IMG/VR virus record: IMGVR_UViG_3300030673_000004
Location: 248,001-312,000 of that record
Strand: one strand, 5' to 3'
DNA: 64,000 nt
The translations under genes and the position numbers were made by a program. Positions 49,001-58,981 of this stretch are shown here, one piece after another; position 1 is the first letter of the stretch; every line of letters begins with the position of its first letter. Below the pieces are notes generated by a model. That model searched no databases, was not told the DNA's origin, and saw nothing but the letters and a program-made list of their open reading frames with translations.

Positions 49001-52000
49001 TAACAAGTAGAACAACAAGCACGCTAAGCCCATCAATAACTTTATACTACGATGGTGTATCTCATGCCAGTGTACTATTATCCCCGATTGTTGTTGGTAC
49101 TCAAGGAGCTACCGGATCTCAGGGTAATCAAGGATTCCAAGGTGTTACTGGGGCCACGGGAGTACAAGGTGCTCAGGGAACAACTGGACTACAGGGCAAT
49201 CAAGGTAATCAAGGATTCCAAGGATCTGTCGGTGCTCAGGGAGTCCAAGGAGCAAATGGCCTGCAAGGAACACAAGGATCGGTTGGCGTCCAAGGAGCAA
49301 CAGGTGCGCAGGGAACTATCGGGGCTACGGGACTTCAAGGTACTGCTGGTGTAACGGGAACGCAGGGTGCTCAGGGAGCAACAGGAGCTATTGGTTCTCA
49401 AGGCAACCAGGGTAATCAAGGTAATCAGGGTGCAATAGGTACTACGGGTTCTCAAGGAAACCAAGGTACACAAGGTACACAAGGTGCTACTGGATCTCAA
49501 GGAGCACAAGGAGCACAAGGACTTACTGGGGCTCAAGGTGCAGCAGGCGCTCAAGGTTCTACCGGATCTCAAGGTAATCAAGGGCATCAGGGATTCCAAG
49601 GACTAACCGGTAGTGGAACACAAGGAGCTCAGGGTGCTGTTGGTGCAACGGGTGCTCAGGGCAATCAAGGTAATCAAGGTGTAATCGGACTACAGGGGAC
49701 TCAAGGACTAACAGGTACTGCTGGTGCTCAAGGCAACCAGGGTGCCCTTGGTGCTCAAGGTTCTACAGGTTCTACCGGTGCGCAGGGTACACAAGGTGCA
49801 ACAGGGGATCAAGGTGCTACTGGACTTCAGGGTAATCAAGGAAACCAAGGTACCATCGGTGCAACGGGAGCACAAGGAACAATTGGATCTGCGGGTTCTC
49901 AAGGTAATCAAGGTAATCAAGGTGTAATCGGGTTAACGGGAGCACAAGGAAACCAGGGTGCTGTTGGTGCTCAAGGTACACAAGGTAATCAAGGATCCCA
50001 GGGTACCCTTGGTACTACAGGAGCACAAGGATCTACGGGTGCAACGGGAGCACAAGGTAATCAAGGAGCTCAGGGAGCTATTGGTGCGCAGGGTGCGCAG
50101 GGGGCTACCGGAGCTACTGGACTTCAGGGTACTGCAGGTTCTCAAGGTTCTCAAGGTTCTCAAGGTTCTCAAGGTAATCAAGGTAATCAAGGATCTGTCG
50201 GTGCTCAGGGAACTACTGGGGCTACAGGATCTCAGGGAAACCAGGGTAATCAAGGTACAACAGGAGATCAAGGACTTACTGGTGCTCAAGGTACAACAGG
50301 TGCTCAAGGTAATCAAGGAGCTCAGGGATTCCAAGGAACTATCGGTGTAGCAGGTACGGCAGGATCTCAAGGAAACCAGGGTAATCAGGGATCCCAGGGT
50401 ACAACAGGTACAACGGGAGCACAAGGTAATCAAGGATCCCAGGGAGCTGTTGGTGCTCAAGGGCTTATAGGATCTCAAGGATCTGTCGGTGCTCAGGGAA
50501 CTACTGGGGCTACAGGATCTCAGGGAAACCAGGGTAATCAAGGATTCCAGGGGACAACAGGTGCTCAAGGGGATACTGGAACTACAGGTACAACTGGAGC
50601 ACAAGGGAATCAAGGATTTCAAGGGACTATGGGCGCTACTGGACTTCAGGGTACTACAGGATCTCAAGGGTCTGTCGGTGCTCAGGGAACTACTGGGGCT
50701 ACTGGATCTCAAGGTAATCAGGGTAATCAAGGTTCTACTGGAGCAACAGGTACCCAAGGAGCTACTGGATCTCAAGGTAATCAAGGAAACCAAGGCTTAA
50801 CTGGTGTACAAGGTGCATCAGGAGCTCAAGGCGCTACTGGGCTTCAGGGTACTACTGGATCTCAAGGTAATCAAGGTAATCAAGGAGTTATCGGTTTAAC
50901 AGGACTACAAGGATCTGTCGGCGCTCAAGGTACACAAGGAGCTACCGGAGCTACCGGAGCACAAGGTACTCAGGGTACTCAGGGTAATCAAGGGTTCCAG
51001 GGTGTTATTGGTGCTACTGGATCTCAGGGTAATCAAGGGTTCCAGGGAGATACTGGAGTTCAAGGTTCTACGGGAGCTACTGGATCTCAAGGTAGCCAAG
51101 GTTCTACTGGAGCAACAGGTACTCAGGGGAACCAAGGTAATCAAGGTGTAATTGGAGTTCAAGGTAGCCAGGGGACAACTGGAGCACAAGGTACTCAGGG
51201 GAACCAAGGATTCCAGGGTGTTATTGGTGCTACAGGATCTCAGGGATCTACAGGTGCAACGGGATCTCAGGGGAACCAGGGTAATCAAGGAAACCAAGGC
51301 TTAACTGGTGTACAAGGTGCGGCAGGAGCTCAAGGTAGCCAAGGTTCTACTGGAGCAACAGGTACCCAAGGAGCTACTGGATCTCAAGGTAATCAAGGGT
51401 TCCAGGGGTTCCAGGGTACAACAGGTGTCGGCGCTCAAGGCGCTCAAGGTACGCAGGGTGTTCAAGGTGCAACCGGCGCAGGTTCCCAAGGACCTCAAGG
51501 AGCTACCGGAGCACAAGGAAGCCAAGGAACGCAGGGGAACCAGGGAGTGGCAGGGAGCGGCAGTGGTACTACAACTCTTACATCAGTTGCACATTTCGCG
51601 CTGACAGAGACAGTTACAAACACAGTAGCATATTTCTATACAGAGCGTGCCCTTGGTACAACGCAAGACGACAAGCAGCGTTCAGGAAATAGTAGTGGTA
51701 TGAGTTATGCATCTGCCTGTTCTGGCTGGGTGTGCCCATTCACAGGTACTATCACACGAGCTGTATTTGTAATTGCGGCTGCTGGAGTAAACAACGGAAC
51801 AGTCACATATCCATGCGCATACAACGTAGCACTGTATCGTGTAGGTTTTGCAACTGAGCAAGATGCGGCTGTCAACAGTGGTTCCCCTAATACAATTTCA
51901 ACAACACTTGCCTCCGGTGTTGGAACTTTCTCGGTAGCCGCTGTTAATACTCGCTCAGTAGTAACGCTTAGCATAGCTGTAACAGCCGGTGATGTTCTGG

Positions 52001-52089
52001 CACTAAAGTTTGTTAATGGCTCCGGCGCGTCAACCGTTGCAATGTCTCAAATGGCATTTGTTTCACTTGTTATTGAAGGAACAATCTAA
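46093..52089 (+). CDS. giant collagen-like fibre protein
   Basis: GAGGA RBS before ATG 46093; two G-X-(Q/T) tracts separated and capped by globular domains. Confidence 0.9.
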   Translation: MPRTHLRAAQLADGGTQGQAVLRNAAGDLYFGDVVTEGIQGPQGDTGSQGPQGVQGSTGATGAQGAQGVTGATGPQGSQGTSGINGSIGATGATGAQGPQGHIGNTGLKGDIGVQGATGAQGPQGATGITGAQGNQGTIGAQGSTGSQGSTGATGAQGSIGPQGSQGLTGAKGDIGSQGNQGNQGVIGLTGAQGVQGVQGTTGATGSQGNQGSQGLTGSGSQGATGATGLQGNQGFQGYLGNQGAIGAQGATGSQGLQGSQGLIGATGSTGAQGTTGATGVQGNQGNQGAVGAQGSQGHQGNQGLQGATGLQGNQGFQGLTGSGAQGVQGATGLQGNQGFQGLTGSGTQGAPGAVGAQGLTGSQGSVGAQGVQGATGATGVQGNQGFQGAQGAVGSQGATGAGTQGATGAQGNQGNQGVIGLTGVQGVQGATGSQGHQGFQGFQGFQGFQGVTGAGVQGATGAQGTQGNQGFQGVIGSQGVQGTTGSTGAQGLQGNQGNQGVIGAQGSMGLQGSTGATGAQGTQGTTGFTGAQGNQGPQGVIGATGAQGTQGNQGFQGVIGSQGNQGNQGVQGATGAGTQGVQGTTGSTGAQGNQGTQGATGAQGTQGSTGATGAQGTVGATGSQGNQGFQGVTGATGVQGAQGTIGVTGSQGLQGNQGNQGTIGATGAQGATGLQGTIGAQGATGAQGNPGSQGSQGLTGSGAQGVQGATGAQGNQGATGAQGNQGATGAQGTTGTAGNQGTTGLQGNQGNQGAAGDQGTQGHQGTVGATGAQGSQGLTGSQGATGSTGAQGATGAQGATGAQGNPGSQGSQGLTGSGAQGAQGNQGAQGIAAVGTIYYLHNTASDVTPYLTLTRTTPVASETTATSTLATTNTDVAIAAFISTAGDPNITMIPAGMLQAQLYLSVSNIDSNTTSQISFYKRSTDSSETLLFSATSNDINATTATLYTLQAVVSSDIVLATSDRLLIKITSRTTSTLSPSITLYYDGVSHASVLLSPIVVGTQGATGSQGNQGFQGVTGATGVQGAQGTTGLQGNQGNQGFQGSVGAQGVQGANGLQGTQGSVGVQGATGAQGTIGATGLQGTAGVTGTQGAQGATGAIGSQGNQGNQGNQGAIGTTGSQGNQGTQGTQGATGSQGAQGAQGLTGAQGAAGAQGSTGSQGNQGHQGFQGLTGSGTQGAQGAVGATGAQGNQGNQGVIGLQGTQGLTGTAGAQGNQGALGAQGSTGSTGAQGTQGATGDQGATGLQGNQGNQGTIGATGAQGTIGSAGSQGNQGNQGVIGLTGAQGNQGAVGAQGTQGNQGSQGTLGTTGAQGSTGATGAQGNQGAQGAIGAQGAQGATGATGLQGTAGSQGSQGSQGSQGNQGNQGSVGAQGTTGATGSQGNQGNQGTTGDQGLTGAQGTTGAQGNQGAQGFQGTIGVAGTAGSQGNQGNQGSQGTTGTTGAQGNQGSQGAVGAQGLIGSQGSVGAQGTTGATGSQGNQGNQGFQGTTGAQGDTGTTGTTGAQGNQGFQGTMGATGLQGTTGSQGSVGAQGTTGATGSQGNQGNQGSTGATGTQGATGSQGNQGNQGLTGVQGASGAQGATGLQGTTGSQGNQGNQGVIGLTGLQGSVGAQGTQGATGATGAQGTQGTQGNQGFQGVIGATGSQGNQGFQGDTGVQGSTGATGSQGSQGSTGATGTQGNQGNQGVIGVQGSQGTTGAQGTQGNQGFQGVIGATGSQGSTGATGSQGNQGNQGNQGLTGVQGAAGAQGSQGSTGATGTQGATGSQGNQGFQGFQGTTGVGAQGAQGTQGVQGATGAGSQGPQGATGAQGSQGTQGNQGVAGSGSGTTTLTSVAHFALTETVTNTVAYFYTERALGTTQDDKQRSGNSSGMSYASACSGWVCPFTGTITRAVFVIAAAGVNNGTVTYPCAYNVALYRVGFATEQDAAVNSGSPNTISTTLASGVGTFSVAAVNTRSVVTLSIAVTAGDVLALKFVNGSGASTVAMSQMAFVSLVIEGTI
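46204..48585 (+). repeat. collagen-coding 9-bp period repeat, tract 1
   Basis: GGN-NNN-CAR/ACN period, about 795 codons. Confidence 0.95.
49096..51567 (+). repeat. collagen-coding 9-bp period repeat, tract 2
   Basis: same period, about 820 codons. Confidence 0.95.
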
Positions 52090-55013
52090 TGGCGTGTACA
52101 TATAGCTTTAGAAATACAACTACATCGGATATTACGCTAAATAACTCATTAGTTATCCAGGCACTATCTACAAAAACAGTATTCGATGTAGATACAATGA
52201 CAGTAACCGATGCTTGGTCAATCGAGCATTCTCTAGATGGAGCTGGATCAGGAACAACAGAGATAGCTCAATTACTATCTACAGGTAGTCTTGTATTTGT
52301 AATAGATGGTATAGATCAAACGTCTGATTCTTTTTATCCCGCATGGAAGACATTCTTTGGAAGCATCGTTGCTACAAATGTGGCTGAAAGTGTTCACGTT
52401 TTAGATCAAGCTGGGTATATAGGAACAGCAGCACCAAAAATAAAAACAAATGTAGTAACTACTGCTAATGCTGTAGATAGGACAGGATTTTTTATTGGCC
52501 CTGTCAATACAACGAATACACTTACAGTATCATCTACAGGTACATTAATATCACAGTGTGATCGACAACTACTATATTGCATGCAACCAGGTGTAACACC
52601 GGGTCATTGGTTTCAGTATATAGACAGTTACGGGTCAACTATGACACCGGCAAGTAATTCTGCACTGTCTACATCAGTTGTATCCTCTGGAAATCTAGCA
52701 GTCGCGATCACATTACTTGGTGATACAACATCGCACTACCCGTATGCCGGTGTAGCGTTTGACTTTACAGACAATGGGTCCGCAACAACTGCTAACAAAG
52801 CTACATTTAATGTATCTGCTTATACAGGAATAACAATTACTTATAAATCCTCAACTGTTATTAAACTACAACTAGAAGGTAATGCTGACTCCGACGGAGC
52901 TAACTGGTTCTACTCGCTGCCAATTGCATCAACATCTAGTACAGTGACACTGACATGGGCTCAGTTTTCACAACCCACATGGGTATCTACTACACAAACA
53001 CGAGCAATTCCTACAGCAGCACTAGCAAGTATCAAGTTCCAATATGATACAGCGCAAGCAGCAACTTCATTTACTGTATATAAAGTAGCATTTACAGGTA
53101 CAGGACCATTCATGGTCTCGCCTACAGCGCTCTCAAAAAAGTATAGCGTTCAAGCAGTACAACTTATAAATCAATGGTTTAATCAATTCTACTATGAAGA
53201 TACTACAGGAACATTAGGTAGAATAGCATGGGTTAGTGGATCTAATGTAGATACAACAATCACAGTATCTGAGGGTATCGGTTATGGCATGCTGTTAGCT
53301 ATAATAGCAGCAGCGTCACCCGGTGTTAGCGAGACATATCGTAAACGATTTGATCATATGTGGGCATTTTACCAGCTAAATAAAGATGGTAACGGCCTAA
53401 TGAATTGGAAGGTACAAAACTTTAATGCTACCGTGGTTGGTTCTGGTGCAGCACCGGACGGGGATCTTGATGTTGCTAAAGCACTACTTCTAGCATATGA
53501 ACGTTTCATGGATGTATCTTATTTAATAGCTGCTAGAAAACTAATGGCATCTATTTGGACATATGAAATTATATCAAAAGTAACAACGTCAGGAGGAACT
53601 AGATATCTTATTGCGCCGGGTGACAGCTACTCTAGTTTCTTCAATCCTAGCTATGCTAAGCTCGCAGCAATAAAATTATGTGCATATTATGATAATGTAA
53701 CTACACATTATTGGAATACTTTATATACAGATACTCTTTGGTTTCTAAATGCAAATCAAACATCAGTAGGGTCATCGTGCTTCTATCTACCATCTAATTG
53801 GTGCGATAAGAATGGTACACCTGTAATAGGTAACTCATCACTAGGCTTTGGCTGGGATGCTTGTCGAGTATTATACCACGTAGCAGAAGCATTCTACTGG
53901 TTTGGTGATTCTGCAGCACGTGCATATCTACAAACAATAGCAAGTACTTCATTAGCCACAACACTCATATCGTCTCCAATGAGTTTACAGCTAACAATTA
54001 AACCGGATGGAACATCAGGTCAATCATATAACTCAACATCTTCTACATGGTCTGCTACAGCTACAAGTGACTACAATACAGCCGCTATAGGAACTATTCT
54101 AACAGCACTTACAACAACATCAACATTCACAGAAGCGCAAGCAGAATCTGTTCTAGACACAATTCTTGCATATACAACAGAAAATACAGACTACTTTAGA
54201 TTAGCACTTAAGGCTTTTATACTTTCTGTTATTACTGGAGTATCTACCAGATATGCCAAAGATGCTGGATCGGCATCAGCTATAGCATACATAGTAAATG
54301 TTGGCGCTCCTTATGGATCACAAACAGGGAATGCCCAACTAGCTATAATGGCCGATGGTAGTGGTGTTCAAGTAAGAACATACTCTAACGGGACATGGAC
54401 GACAAGTTCAATTAGTGGCTCTCAAGGAGCACAAGGAAACCAGGGGCCTCAAGGTACATCCGGTGGACCTCAGGGTAACCAAGGTACAACAGGAGCACAA
54501 GGGCCTCAAGGTACGGCTGGTGTGCAAGGAGTACCGGGCGCTCAAGGTAGTCAGGGAAACCAGGGTAATCAAGGACCCGCTAATGGTGCCCAAGGAGCTA
54601 CTGGAGCACAAGGGGCTCAGGGACCTCAAGGATTTCAAGGTGCCCAAGGAATCCAGGGAGCAGGAGTACAGGGGGCTCAAGGACCTCAAGGTAACCAAGG
54701 CCCTGCTAATGGGCCACAAGGAACTACAGGATCTCAGGGAAACCAAGGAGATCAAGGTGTAATTGGCACACAAGGAGTACCGGGCGCTCAAGGTAGTCAG
54801 GGAAACCAGGGTAATCAAGGAGCTAAAGGAGCACAAGGTACTCAGGGAGTACAGGGCACAACGGGAGCTCAGGGAGTACAAGGTTCAATAGGAACCCAAG
54901 GTGCGACGGGAGCACAAGGTACTCAGGGTAATCAAGGATTCGCGAGCATTGTAGTTGTCTCAACTATGCCAAGTACTCCAGCAGCAAACACACTTTATAT
55001 AGTGACAACCTAG
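52089..55013 (+). CDS. CBM11-like + glycoside hydrolase family 8 + collagen-like fibre protein
   Basis: VSEGIGYGML, GLMNW, AAPDGDLDVAKALLLA, FNPSY, GWDACR (GH8); upstream YAGVAFDF..YTGITITYKS..LTWAQFSQP.W; G-X-Q tail; ends MPSTPAANTLYIV. Confidence 0.8.
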   Translation: MACTYSFRNTTTSDITLNNSLVIQALSTKTVFDVDTMTVTDAWSIEHSLDGAGSGTTEIAQLLSTGSLVFVIDGIDQTSDSFYPAWKTFFGSIVATNVAESVHVLDQAGYIGTAAPKIKTNVVTTANAVDRTGFFIGPVNTTNTLTVSSTGTLISQCDRQLLYCMQPGVTPGHWFQYIDSYGSTMTPASNSALSTSVVSSGNLAVAITLLGDTTSHYPYAGVAFDFTDNGSATTANKATFNVSAYTGITITYKSSTVIKLQLEGNADSDGANWFYSLPIASTSSTVTLTWAQFSQPTWVSTTQTRAIPTAALASIKFQYDTAQAATSFTVYKVAFTGTGPFMVSPTALSKKYSVQAVQLINQWFNQFYYEDTTGTLGRIAWVSGSNVDTTITVSEGIGYGMLLAIIAAASPGVSETYRKRFDHMWAFYQLNKDGNGLMNWKVQNFNATVVGSGAAPDGDLDVAKALLLAYERFMDVSYLIAARKLMASIWTYEIISKVTTSGGTRYLIAPGDSYSSFFNPSYAKLAAIKLCAYYDNVTTHYWNTLYTDTLWFLNANQTSVGSSCFYLPSNWCDKNGTPVIGNSSLGFGWDACRVLYHVAEAFYWFGDSAARAYLQTIASTSLATTLISSPMSLQLTIKPDGTSGQSYNSTSSTWSATATSDYNTAAIGTILTALTTTSTFTEAQAESVLDTILAYTTENTDYFRLALKAFILSVITGVSTRYAKDAGSASAIAYIVNVGAPYGSQTGNAQLAIMADGSGVQVRTYSNGTWTTSSISGSQGAQGNQGPQGTSGGPQGNQGTTGAQGPQGTAGVQGVPGAQGSQGNQGNQGPANGAQGATGAQGAQGPQGFQGAQGIQGAGVQGAQGPQGNQGPANGPQGTTGSQGNQGDQGVIGTQGVPGAQGSQGNQGNQGAKGAQGTQGVQGTTGAQGVQGSIGTQGATGAQGTQGNQGFASIVVVSTMPSTPAANTLYIVTT

Positions 55014-55014
55014 T

Positions 55015-55611
55015 ATGGCAACAACATTAAATTACATAAATGCTTCTGGTGTATCTAAATCCATAAAGAGTATAGCTTACTCTAATGCATCAGCAGTACT
55101 GAATACTGCCAAAACAGTATATTTTGGCAGTACTAACGTTTGGTCTGCTACGACAGCCGCATGGGTAACTGGATCAACAGATGGTCAAACTATGTACTTA
55201 GCTGCATATACGCCAGCAGCAGCGATGTCTGTTGCATCCTTCTCTATGATATTTAGTATCTCATCTAATTATAACGTGACTTGGGGCATTTATACACTAT
55301 CGGGGTCCACGTATACAGCACTTGCTAATAGTTACGGTACAACTACAACTGGAGTAACTATCACAGCAGGTGCTGTTTTAGGAACAGCAACAGAATACAC
55401 CTACACAAAAACATACACAGCGTCATACCCAACATTGAGTGCTGGGACAACGTACTATTTTTGGGTAGGTGAGCGGTATCAACCATATAATCTATTAAAT
55501 GGAAGCAGCGGGTGTCCTGGCTATGCACCAGCATGGGCAGCCGGATCAAGCTCCATGACATACACAGCAGGTGCAAAGAGTAACATTTACTTATCTGTAG
55601 TTGCACACTAA
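55015..55611 (+). CDS. Thr/Ser/Tyr-rich fibre-tip-like protein
   Basis: K.VYFGSTNVWS N-terminal motif typical of proteins following fibre genes. Confidence 0.6.
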   Translation: MATTLNYINASGVSKSIKSIAYSNASAVLNTAKTVYFGSTNVWSATTAAWVTGSTDGQTMYLAAYTPAAAMSVASFSMIFSISSNYNVTWGIYTLSGSTYTALANSYGTTTTGVTITAGAVLGTATEYTYTKTYTASYPTLSAGTTYYFWVGERYQPYNLLNGSSGCPGYAPAWAAGSSSMTYTAGAKSNIYLSVVAH

Positions 55612-55682
55612 GCAGGAAATATCTAAAAGATATCCTCAGGATTCTGTAAATCAAACAGATCACCAGTTAACCTGAGGACCAC

Positions 55683-56921
55683 ATGGAACTTCCTACTGTT
55701 TCTATCTTTACACCGACGCATAACCCTAAGCGCCTCATTGAAGCATACCAATCTATCAAAGATCAAGATTTCCTTGAATGGGTAATTTTATACAACAATG
55801 GAGCAACACCTATTGGCTTTGATGATCCACGTGTCAAGGAAGTTATTGATACCCACGACGGTGATGACAGCGCCTGGATTGGACGACTAAAACATGAAGC
55901 CTGTGCTTCCTGTATAGGTGATATCCTACTAGAACTAGATCACGATGATCTACTGATGCCCTTAGCGCTAGAGCATGTACGCGAAGCCTTCTTGGACGTT
56001 GAGATTGGTTTTGTCTACTCAAACACTATCCATGCAAATGCCGATCTAACCACGTCATGCCCACGTTTTGACGAACGCTACGGATGGAAGTATCGTCAGG
56101 TAAATGTCAATGGCAACTTACTTGATGAGCACATCTCGTTTGATCCGCTGCCCACAACAATCTCACGTATCTGGTACGCCCCTAACCACCTAAGGGCATT
56201 CCGTCGTTCTTTATATGAACAGATTGGTGGATACAATGTCGGTATGCGTGTACTTGACGACCTGGACCTCATGTGCCGTCTATATGCTATTACAAAATTC
56301 CGGCATATCAATGAAGGTCTTTACATCTATAGATATGAAGATAATACCTTCGCTAAAGATGGAATTAACCAAGAGATTCAAAACAATGTCTACCGTATTC
56401 ATGATATGTACATTGAGTCTCTTGCCGAGTCGTGGTCTACAGCGTGTGGCTTGCGCAAGATTGAACTCGGTGGCAGACTAGCGGCACGTCCAGGCTTTGA
56501 AACTGTGGACCTGTTTGATGCAGATATCATAGCAGATCTTAACAGTATCTGGCCCTTCAAGGATAACTCTGTTGGCGTCATCCGAGCTTACGATGTTTTT
56601 GAGCATCTTAAGAACCCCATATTCGTCATGAACGAACTGCATCGTGTGCTCGCTCCAGGTGGATACGCTATCATTCAAGTACCTAGCACAGAAGGTACAG
56701 GGGCAGCCTCGGATCCTACTCATGTGTCGTGGTGGAATGAGCGATCCTTTACATACTACACCCAAGCAGAGCGTGCTAAATACCTACCAGACTTCAAGGG
56801 TAGGTTCCAAGCACTACGTTTGTTCACTACAGAACCTGATGCAGAACGCTGCTGCTGGGTGCAGGCACACTTGATGAAGCTGGATAACGCTATTCGCGTT
56901 CCTGGAGAAGTCTTGATCTAA
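55683..56921 (+). CDS. glycosyltransferase family 2 fused to class I SAM methyltransferase
   Basis: VSIFTPTHN, LELDHDD (DxD); C-terminal IELGG, DL..IWPF.DNSV, DVFEHL, RVL.PGG, DPTH. Confidence 0.85.
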   Translation: MELPTVSIFTPTHNPKRLIEAYQSIKDQDFLEWVILYNNGATPIGFDDPRVKEVIDTHDGDDSAWIGRLKHEACASCIGDILLELDHDDLLMPLALEHVREAFLDVEIGFVYSNTIHANADLTTSCPRFDERYGWKYRQVNVNGNLLDEHISFDPLPTTISRIWYAPNHLRAFRRSLYEQIGGYNVGMRVLDDLDLMCRLYAITKFRHINEGLYIYRYEDNTFAKDGINQEIQNNVYRIHDMYIESLAESWSTACGLRKIELGGRLAARPGFETVDLFDADIIADLNSIWPFKDNSVGVIRAYDVFEHLKNPIFVMNELHRVLAPGGYAIIQVPSTEGTGAASDPTHVSWWNERSFTYYTQAERAKYLPDFKGRFQALRLFTTEPDAERCCWVQAHLMKLDNAIRVPGEVLI

Positions 56922-56950
56922 AGCCACAAGGCACAATCTCGTAGATATAA

Positions 56951-56984
56951 AAGAAGCCAGGCCACAAAGTGACTTGGCTTTCTT
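56951..56984. terminator. bidirectional terminator
   Basis: GAAGCCAG/TTGGCTTT hairpin between convergent genes. Confidence 0.6.
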
Positions 56985-57003
56985 AATTTAAGGCACTGTT
57001 GTG

Positions 57004-57345
57004 CTACAGAATTTGGCCAGCATTAAGAGCATCTGCGGCTCGCAGTAAGGACTGTAAAAGTTTCCAGACATAAGCGTAGCTATTGAAGATTCGATCACGA
57101 TAAGATACATGCGGATCATAGCTGATTACTGCACCGATCAGTTCCTGGAGCTCTTCGAGGGCTACCTGTGGCCCATCAAATGTCTCTTTTGTCACGATAT
57201 CTATCACACTACCATCGTGGTTACCTCGCGATCCATGTATGAAGTATTTATACTTAGTGGCTAAGTTATCCTGAACAGTGATTATCTGCGTTCCACCATC
57301 GCGCAGGCCATCCAGACGTGTCAACTCAAGCGTGTGTGCTGTCAT
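57004..57345 (-). CDS. hypothetical protein
   Basis: 113-aa ORF with LRDGGT motif. Confidence 0.65.
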   Translation of the reverse strand: MTAHTLELTRLDGLRDGGTQIITVQDNLATKYKYFIHGSRGNHDGSVIDIVTKETFDGPQVALEELQELIGAVISYDPHVSYRDRIFNSYAYVWKLLQSLLRAADALNAGQIL

Positions 57346-57379
57346 AAAGAACTATTTACAACAAAATACGACGAAGACC

Positions 57380-57408
57380 TTGACACCCATACAGTTTTGA
57401 AGTATATT
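57380..57408 (+). promoter_or_regulatory. sigma70-type promoter for the large ncRNA
   Basis: TTGACA-17-TATATT. Confidence 0.85.
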
Positions 57409-57414
57409 TTATTC

Positions 57415-58181
57415 ATCGGCACGACGGCACGACGAGAGGCCGGAGCCCAACCGCAGCCACATAAGGGGCGGTTTTTTACGAGAAGAAGAGTAACTGAGGT
57501 TACTCACAAACAAACAAACAAAATCACCTGCTGTCAAGACGGCTGGTGCCTGACTTCAACCATGGAGAGCATGAAAATGCATTGGCCGTAGCTACTTAAC
57601 AAAACAACACCTATGAGCTCTTAACATAAACATGTAAAGGAGACTTTCGGATATGCCATTCCTTTAGCTACTTAACAAAACAACACCTATGAGCCTTCAT
57701 CATGAGGTTCCACGAAAACCGAGTGATGCCTGACAAAAAACCTAGGGAGGAACTATACAAATGCCGCCTACGTGATCTTACTTTGTGTGTTTTTTGTTTT
57801 TCAACGAATAGAAACTTGAGCTAGTTGATGAGATAAACCAGTTGTTGAAAGGTGCAAAACCAATGCGATGTAGGTAAAAATACCCAGCGTTACTTAGGTT
57901 GCTAACGAGAGTTAAAAATGACTAGGATGTTGCTCCAGCATTAGCCGAAACCTAGTGAGGGAGCACCTCCAACCTCTACTGAGAAAGTCAAACGTTCAGC
58001 CGATTTTCAGTAGTTGTAAGTTTAATAATTGAAACGTGCATATGTCCTCGTGGCTTCTCAGGACTGGCATTTGCTAAAATAAATTGCCCGAGAAGTAAAA
58101 GCCGCATAAGATACTTACAAGTAGTTTAATAGCTCTTATACAGCTATTAAACCATAACGGTAAGCTAGCTTAGCGGCTTTT
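57415..58181 (+). ncRNA. large ornate ncRNA candidate (~770 nt), family unknown
   Basis: largest ORF-free gap in the window, own promoter, at least 10 stems including pseudoknots, 3' closing stem with U-rich tail. Confidence 0.7.
57589..57694 (+). repeat. perfect 30-bp direct repeat x2 around a 46-nt insert
   Basis: TAGCTACTTAACAAAACAACACCTATGAGC at 57589-57618 and 57665-57694. Confidence 0.95.
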
Positions 58182-58201
58182 GCATTTTATAAACATTTAA
58201 C

Positions 58202-58230
58202 GTGACATACATACAAAATTAATGTATATT
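58202..58230 (+). promoter_or_regulatory. sigma70-type promoter (cassette-family spacer)
   Basis: GTGACA-TACATACAAAATTAATG-TATATT. Confidence 0.8.
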
Positions 58231-58276
58231 GTATTCAAGCAAGAGCTAAACAAATAAGCACAAGGAGCACAGGCCA

Positions 58277-58981
58277 GTGCCACAAGAAAATCCCGGCAAG
58301 CGTGTCTACATCAATATCCTGAACAAGTGCAATGAGCGATGTCCCTTCTGCTGTATGTACAGTGGACCTGAGAAAAACACGATCATGCCGTTTTCTACAT
58401 TTGAAGATATTCTCCAGAACGAACGTACAGGCCCTCTTGTTGAAGTTCAACTTGAGGGAGGTGAGCCTTTACTGCACCCAAATCTATACCTGTTCTTAGA
58501 ATATATCCACTACCTAGATGTACCTAAGATCATCATTACCACAAATGGTATTCTTCTGCGCAAACATCTGCCTAAACTGACGGAGTTTGCAAGCAGAACA
58601 CAAACAACTCTCGTGATTAAAGTTAGTGTAAACTCGCACCTCCTCAAGCAGCCGACTAAACTTGGCATGGATCACTTTGAGCAGCTCAAAGATCTATACC
58701 TCGCTACCGAATTCCTCCCGAATGTAATCATCCTGTTCAATGTTCGACTGCGAGCAAATCATGAAGATGATGATATTGTAGAAGGGCTGCGCAGAACAGA
58801 CTTGCTGAAACACTCCAATGTCTTCCAGCTACAATCTTACGGAAGATACTCAGAACAAACCGAATATGAAAAGCCTGTAATCGTACAGAACATTAAACAA
58901 TGGAACATCTACTCCAGTGATGGTATCTGTTTCGGGCAGGATCTAGTTGCGAGAAGTAATCATGAAAAGGATGTGAGGTAA
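58277..58981 (+). CDS. radical SAM protein
   Basis: CNERCPFC, GGEP, TTNG. Confidence 0.85.
   Translation: MPQENPGKRVYINILNKCNERCPFCCMYSGPEKNTIMPFSTFEDILQNERTGPLVEVQLEGGEPLLHPNLYLFLEYIHYLDVPKIIITTNGILLRKHLPKLTEFASRTQTTLVIKVSVNSHLLKQPTKLGMDHFEQLKDLYLATEFLPNVIILFNVRLRANHEDDDIVEGLRRTDLLKHSNVFQLQSYGRYSEQTEYEKPVIVQNIKQWNIYSSDGICFGQDLVARSNHEKDVR

Noticed and set aside
47119-54881. Many antisense and alternate-frame ORFs over the collagen tracts
   Set aside because: Expected shadows of a 9-bp periodic repeat
57334-57591. 85-aa ORF as a gene (likewise 41526..41744)
   Set aside because: Both ORFs start upstream of or inside the promoter, lack an RBS and overlie structured RNA
57589-57694. CRISPR mini-array
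   Set aside because: Only two repeats, no palindrome or typical CRISPR terminal motif, the insert is self-structured, and no cas genes are in the window; kept as a repeat
57415-58181. Group I/II intron or retron/DRT ncRNA
   Set aside because: No interrupted gene, no convincing P7 or domain V, and no reverse transcriptase or homing nuclease in the window
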